A stretch of 62,214 bases of DNA, filler included. It is 9 parts of 9 records of this genome, joined end to end, with 100 filler letters (N's around TTAATTAATTAA, not from the genome) between each part and the next. Parts side by side here need not be neighbours in the genome. Positions count along the whole stretch, not along the records: positions 57,903 to 62,214 come from SRR20825010_566; 8 more parts are not named here. One strand, written 5' to 3'. Position numbers and translations under genes: made by a program. The notes below the pieces were generated by a model that searched no databases, was not told the origin of the DNA, and was given only the letters and a program-made list of their open reading frames with translations. Positions 57,903 through 62,214 of the stretch are shown in pieces; the first letter of the stretch is position 1; each line of letters opens with the position of its first letter.

Positions 57903-58496
57903 GTGTTTCACCGTGTTGGTTCATTGACGCGAAAGTTGCACGATGCCCTTCGTGAACTGGGTTACGACAAAAGCGTGGAGAATGCAGTCAATGCACTGCC
58001 TGATGCGCGTGCACGCCTGAACTACATTGCTGATTTGACCGGCAAGGCCGCAGAAAAAGTGCTGGCTGCGGTGGAAGCCTCGCAAAAGTTGAATGATGAT
58101 TTGTCCGCTCGTGCAGCTGATTTGGATAGAAAGTGGGATCGACTCTACAACAACGAGATGAGCCTGGAAGAATTCAAGTCGCATGCCCGCGAGAATCGCG
58201 AGTTTATCAAGGAGATCAGCCAGTCCAGTGGACAGTTGGGCGGTCACCTTACCGACATCATGATGGCGCAAGATTTCCATGACCTGACAGGCCAGGTGGT
58301 CAACCGCATTGGCAATATGGCACAAAGCCTTGAGGAGCAGCTGGTTCAGTTGTTGCTGGACACCACGCCAGCGGATCAACGCAAGCAGGTCGAAGAAACA
58401 TTCCTCAATGGCCCTGCAATGAATGCAGAAGGACGAACTGATGTGTGTAGCAACCAAAGTCAGGTTGATGACCTGCTGGAAAGCCTCGGCTTCTAA
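57903..58496 (+). CDS. cheZ: Chemotaxis phosphatase CheZ, 5'-truncated
   Basis: LTRKLHD, PDARARL.Y, MAQDFHDLTGQ, QSQVDDLLESLGF. Confidence 0.93.
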   Translation: MFHRVGSLTRKLHDALRELGYDKSVENAVNALPDARARLNYIADLTGKAAEKVLAAVEASQKLNDDLSARAADLDRKWDRLYNNEMSLEEFKSHARENREFIKEISQSSGQLGGHLTDIMMAQDFHDLTGQVVNRIGNMAQSLEEQLVQLLLDTTPADQRKQVEETFLNGPAMNAEGRTDVCSNQSQVDDLLESLGF

Positions 58497-58532
58497 CAAC
58501 ACAAACAACCAGGCTGAAGTGGGAGAGTACAA

Positions 58533-60353
58533 ATGAGCGCATTCAGTGACGTCGAACTGTTGCATGACTTCTTGACAGAAGCGGGCGATTTGTTGGAAGA
58601 CGTGGACAGCAAACTGGTCGAACTGGAGCAAAGCCCGGAAGATGCCGAGCTTTTGGCCACCGTGTTTCGTGGATTCCACACCATCAAGGGCGGTGCCGGT
58701 TTTCTGGAAGCAACACACCTGGTGGAGTTGTGCCACAAAACCGAAAACCTGTTCGACAAGCTTCGATCCAAGAAACTTCTTCTGGATGCAGAAATGATGG
58801 ATTCCATCATGGCGGCAACCGGCGAAGTGCACCGCATGTTTGGTGAAATGCGCAATGGGCATCAACCGGGCGCTGCGCCTGTTGAATTGCTGGATGCGCT
58901 TGATGCGGCAATTGAAGGCCGAACTGTGGCACCCGTCGCTGTAGTGGAACAAGTTGCAGTTCAGGCCACAAGCGAACCGGTTGGCCGCATTGTTGGGGCT
59001 GAAGATGACCTGGACTGGGCTGGTTTGTACGAGGCTGTTGTGGGTGTACAACCCCGCGAACTGGAGCAGGCCGCGCTAAGCACTGACATGGCCACTGAAG
59101 CCATTTCAAGGCAGGCTGCGGCAGCAGTGCGACCCAAAGCACCCGCACCCAAAGCAAAAGCTGCCGGGCCGGTGGCAAGCGCTGCCAAGGAAAACAGCAT
59201 TCGTGTAGACACTGCACGTTTTGACCAGATTCTGAACTTGAGCGGTGAAATCGGTTTGACCAAAAACCGCTTGAATTGTTTGTTCCAATCGATCAGCGCT
59301 GGTGTGGTTAACGACGATCTGGTCAAGTCACTCGACACCGTGGTGGGTCAACTGGACATGCTGGTTTCCGACCTGCAGTCTGCGGTCATGAAAGCCCGCA
59401 TGCAACCCGTTGGGCGCGTGTTTCAGAAATACAGCCGATTGGCCCGTGACGTGTCACGTCAATTGGGCAAAGACGTGGAACTGGTCATTGAGGGTGCAGA
59501 AACCGAAGTTGACAAGTCCATTCTTGAGGAACTGAATGACCCGCTAATCCACTTGGTGCGCAACGCAGTTGATCATGGTATTGAAACCATTGAAGACCGT
59601 ATTGCTTGCGGAAAAAATTCGAAAGGCATCGTGAACCTGTCGGCAAGACAGACAGGTGATCACATCGTGATCGAGATCCAGGACGATGGTCGCGGCATGC
59701 GTCCCGAAATTATTCGGGAAAAAGCTGTTGAGAAAGGGTTGATCAGTTCCGAAGAAGCAGGGCAGTTAAGTGTGCAGGAAAGCCTGCAACTGATTTTCTT
59801 GCCCGGGTTTTCTACCAAAGATCAAATTTCAGACATTTCCGGACGCGGCGTCGGGATGGATGTCGTTAAAACCAACATTCAACGCCTCAATGGCCGGATC
59901 GAAATTCAATCCGAACCGGGGCATGGTTCCAAAATTACCATCCTGTTGCCATTGACCTTGGCTATTTTGCCAGTGTTGATGTTGAAGCTTGAAGAGCAAA
60001 TTTATTCTTTGCCTTTGTCCAGCGTGCGGGAAATCATTCCGATTGAAGAAAGCAAGGTTCAGTTCGTCAGCGGCAAGCCCACCATGGTGGTTCGCGGCGA
60101 GGTTATTCCATTGCTTGACCTCGCGACACTGATTGGTCGTGAATCAAACCCCGGCCCCAAGGTGGGTGTGTTGGCTGTCAGTGGCGACAGAACTTGCATT
60201 TTGGCAGTGGATTCACTGGTGGGCCAGGATGAGGTCATGATCAAACCCTTGGACGGCATCAAACCCAAAGGCGTTGCGGGTGCAACTTTATCCGGTGAAG
60301 GCTTGCTGGTGCTGGTGCTGGAATTGCGTGAATTGATCGAAGGAAAGCTGTAG
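58533..60353 (+). CDS. cheA: Chemotaxis histidine kinase CheA
   Basis: HPt FHTIKGGAG, SIRVD, HLVRNAVDHG, DDGRG, PGFST, GRGVGMDVV, CheW-like domain. Confidence 0.95.
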   Translation: MSAFSDVELLHDFLTEAGDLLEDVDSKLVELEQSPEDAELLATVFRGFHTIKGGAGFLEATHLVELCHKTENLFDKLRSKKLLLDAEMMDSIMAATGEVHRMFGEMRNGHQPGAAPVELLDALDAAIEGRTVAPVAVVEQVAVQATSEPVGRIVGAEDDLDWAGLYEAVVGVQPRELEQAALSTDMATEAISRQAAAAVRPKAPAPKAKAAGPVASAAKENSIRVDTARFDQILNLSGEIGLTKNRLNCLFQSISAGVVNDDLVKSLDTVVGQLDMLVSDLQSAVMKARMQPVGRVFQKYSRLARDVSRQLGKDVELVIEGAETEVDKSILEELNDPLIHLVRNAVDHGIETIEDRIACGKNSKGIVNLSARQTGDHIVIEIQDDGRGMRPEIIREKAVEKGLISSEEAGQLSVQESLQLIFLPGFSTKDQISDISGRGVGMDVVKTNIQRLNGRIEIQSEPGHGSKITILLPLTLAILPVLMLKLEEQIYSLPLSSVREIIPIEESKVQFVSGKPTMVVRGEVIPLLDLATLIGRESNPGPKVGVLAVSGDRTCILAVDSLVGQDEVMIKPLDGIKPKGVAGATLSGEGLLVLVLELRELIEGKL

Positions 60354-60496
60354 ATTGTGACAAGAACTAAGGTGCTTTTCTGCTCTTTCTAACCAGTTTG
60401 GGTGATCCCTTCCCCTGTGATAATTAGTTGACAGCGCAAGTCGCGAATCTAATTTAAACACCAGGCGAATCAAGCCAGGGGTAGGGAGTTGACCTG

Positions 60497-62214
60497 ATGA
60501 ATTCACTGTATCGCTCGATTGAGAAAAGTTTTTTCTACACACTGAGCCGGAAATTGTTTGGCAATGTCATGGGCATTGCAAGTGTTGTCCTGATCGCTTA
60601 CCTCGTGTTGTACAGCTGGGCCATCGGCAAGCTGGATGCGGCACAAATGGGCGAATTCCGGTTGATTCTGGCACTGTCTTTAGGCATTACCCTGTTGGCC
60701 TGCGCGGGGGCATTCATGTACCTGCGTCACTTGATCGTGCGGCCAGTTCACTTGCTTAGTGACCGCATGGATCAACTGGCCAACGGCGAAGGCGACTTGT
60801 CGGTGAATTTGCCCACCGTGACCCAGGATGAACTTCGTGATCTGGCTGAAAACTACAACGCATTCATGGTTCGCCTGCGTGATTTGATTCATGAAATTCG
60901 CAGAATGACATCTCAGGTTTCAATGGAGTCTGTGCGTGTGTCCGGCAGCCTGAAAGATGCAAGCCGAACCGCAGAGAAACAGGGCAACATCACCACTGAA
61001 ATTTTTCAGGCAGCAGACATGGCATCGCATGCCATGGAAAATGTTTCCAACAGTGCGAATTATTTGTCTACAGCCACCGGCGAACATCTTGAAACAGTGA
61101 ATTCTTCTTACCGTGAACTGCTCAGTGTGGCCGATGAAATGAATCAGGCTACTGGCAGTTTGAGCAGCTTTGGCAACACTGTTGAAAAGCTTGCACAAAC
61201 CGGCAAAGGCATTGAACACATTGTCAAATTGATCAACGATATTTCCGATCAAACCAATCTGTTGGCCTTGAATGCAGCCATTGAGGCAGCGCGTGCTGGT
61301 GAGCAGGGGCGTGGTTTTGCAGTGGTGGCCGATGAAGTGCGTGGCCTGGCTGAACGCGTGAAGTCTGCCACCGGCGAGATACGCGGCAATATTTCATCCA
61401 TGCTGAAACTGGTGGGCGAAACGCAAGAGGAAACCCGCGTAATCAACAAGAGCATTTCCAAGGGGCAGCAAACAGTCACCGCTTCGTCGGCCAAGTTTTC
61501 CGGCATGGTGCACAGCTTCGAGGAAATGAGTGCCCAGATCAATGACGTGACGCAGCAAGTGCAGTCCGTCAAGCAAATCAACTTGGAAGTATCGGGCAAA
61601 GCCTCTGAAATTCGCGACACGGCTCAGTCTGTCATCATGCAAACGACCGAATCCGAAAAATCGAGTGCCGAACTGGCTTCTGCAACAGACCGCATCAAGG
61701 AACTGGTTGCGAGGTTCAAAATTGGCAAAGGCGCTTACGAGCAAATTGTAGAGCAGGCTATATTGGCACGAGAGCAGTGTAAAAGTATTTTGATCACAGC
61801 CATGGACAACGGGTACGACATTTTTGACGAGGCTTACAAGCCCATTCCAAATTCAAATCCGCAAAAGTACAGCACACGTTACGACCAGGCCGTGGAGCGC
61901 CAGCTTCAGGGTGCGTATGACCAATTGGTGGCCAGCGTTCCGGGCTCAGTGTTTTCGCTGTGCGTGGACCGCAAAGGTTATGCACCCACGCACAACAGCA
62001 AGTATTCACGCCCATTGACCGGTGATTTGAAAAAGGATCTGGTTGAAAGCCGCGACAAGCGAATGTTCAGTGACCCTGTGGGTTTGCGTGCTGCACAGAA
62101 CCTGTCGCCTTGGTTGTTGCAAACCTATCGCCGCGATACCGGCGAGGTGTTGAATGATTTGTCTTTGCCCATTGAAATCAATGGGCGCCACTGGGGTGGC
62201 ATACGCCTGGGCTT
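60497..62214 (+). CDS. Methyl-accepting chemotaxis protein with C-terminal extra domain, 3'-truncated (absent from ORF track)
   Basis: Hand translation: GGGAG RBS, MNSLYRS..., two TMs, HAMP (GEGDLS...DEL..LA..YN.F), [31 protein letters not shown]; same frame at the window end. Confidence 0.92.
   Translation, partial: MNSLYRSIEKSFFYTLSRKLFGNVMGIASVVLIAYLVLYSWAIGKLDAAQMGEFRLILALSLGITLLACAGAFMYLRHLIVRPVHLLSDRMDQLANGEGDLSVNLPTVTQDELRDLAENYNAFMVRLRDLIHEIRRMTSQVSMESVRVSGSLKDASRTAEKQGNITTEIFQAADMASHAMENVSNSANYLSTATGEHLETVNSSYRELLSVADEMNQATGSLSSFGNTVEKLAQTGKGIEHIVKLINDISDQTNLLALNAAIEAARAGEQGRGFAVVADEVRGLAERVKSATGEIRGNISSMLKLVGETQEETRVINKSISKGQQTVTASSAKFSGMVHSFEEMSAQINDVTQQVQSVKQINLEVSGKASEIRDTAQSVIMQTTESEKSSAELASATDRIKELVARFKIGKGAYEQIVEQAILAREQCKSILITAMDNGYDIFDEAYKPIPNSNPQKYSTRYDQAVERQLQGAYDQLVASVPGSVFSLCVDRKGYAPTHNSKYSRPLTGDLKKDLVESRDKRMFSDPVGLRAAQNLSPWLLQTYRRDTGEVLNDLSLPIEINGRHWGGIRLG

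Noticed and set aside
1..62214. CRISPR arrays, IS elements, prophage, rRNA
   Set aside because: No regularly spaced repeats, transposase/integrase motifs, phage genes or rRNA-like sequence seen

Overview
This window is not one locus. It is nine short contig pieces joined by eight identical artificial 100-bp spacers (N44-TTAATTAATTAA-N44), and gene content suggests several different Proteobacteria (inference). (1) 1-6975: NAD-linked formate dehydrogenase beta (partial) and alpha, a class I glutamine amidotransferase, and a convergent mmsB-hydrolase-DMT-crotonase run. (2) 7076-17409: ccmFGHI, NUDIX, yciB, MFS, TrmH-family methylase, IalB-like protein, three accessory hydrolase/NTF2-like genes, rlmN. 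(3) 17510-23943: cinA-like, map, radC, purU with a long hairpin leader, Tat amidase, LysR, purB. (4) 24044-37608: Rhodobacteraceae-like galactoside cluster (IclR, sugar ABC transporter, GH36, dgoK, dgoA, GH42) plus a His-rich ABC system. (5) argS, NhaP-type antiporter, dgt. (6) lpxI, lpxB, gloA, gltA, gltX. (7) ctrA, sciP, mnmA, a fabF-ACP-lpxD-L,D-transpeptidase run, a YcbK/MepK-like gene and a tRNA-Asp fragment. (8) DUF882 protein, sigma54 response regulator, M3 peptidase. (9) cheZ, cheA and an MCP that the ORF track missed. I see no CRISPR array, transposase, integrase or phage genes, and most of the content is housekeeping. The best leads are: an lpxD-ACP-KAS operon that could supply 3-oxo-acyl chains to lipid A; a ~125-nt imperfect hairpin directly upstream of purU; a structured two-hairpin intergenic repeat shared by two contigs; and a chemoreceptor whose only candidate sensor domain is C-terminal. 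All calls come from motif reading alone; no searches were run.
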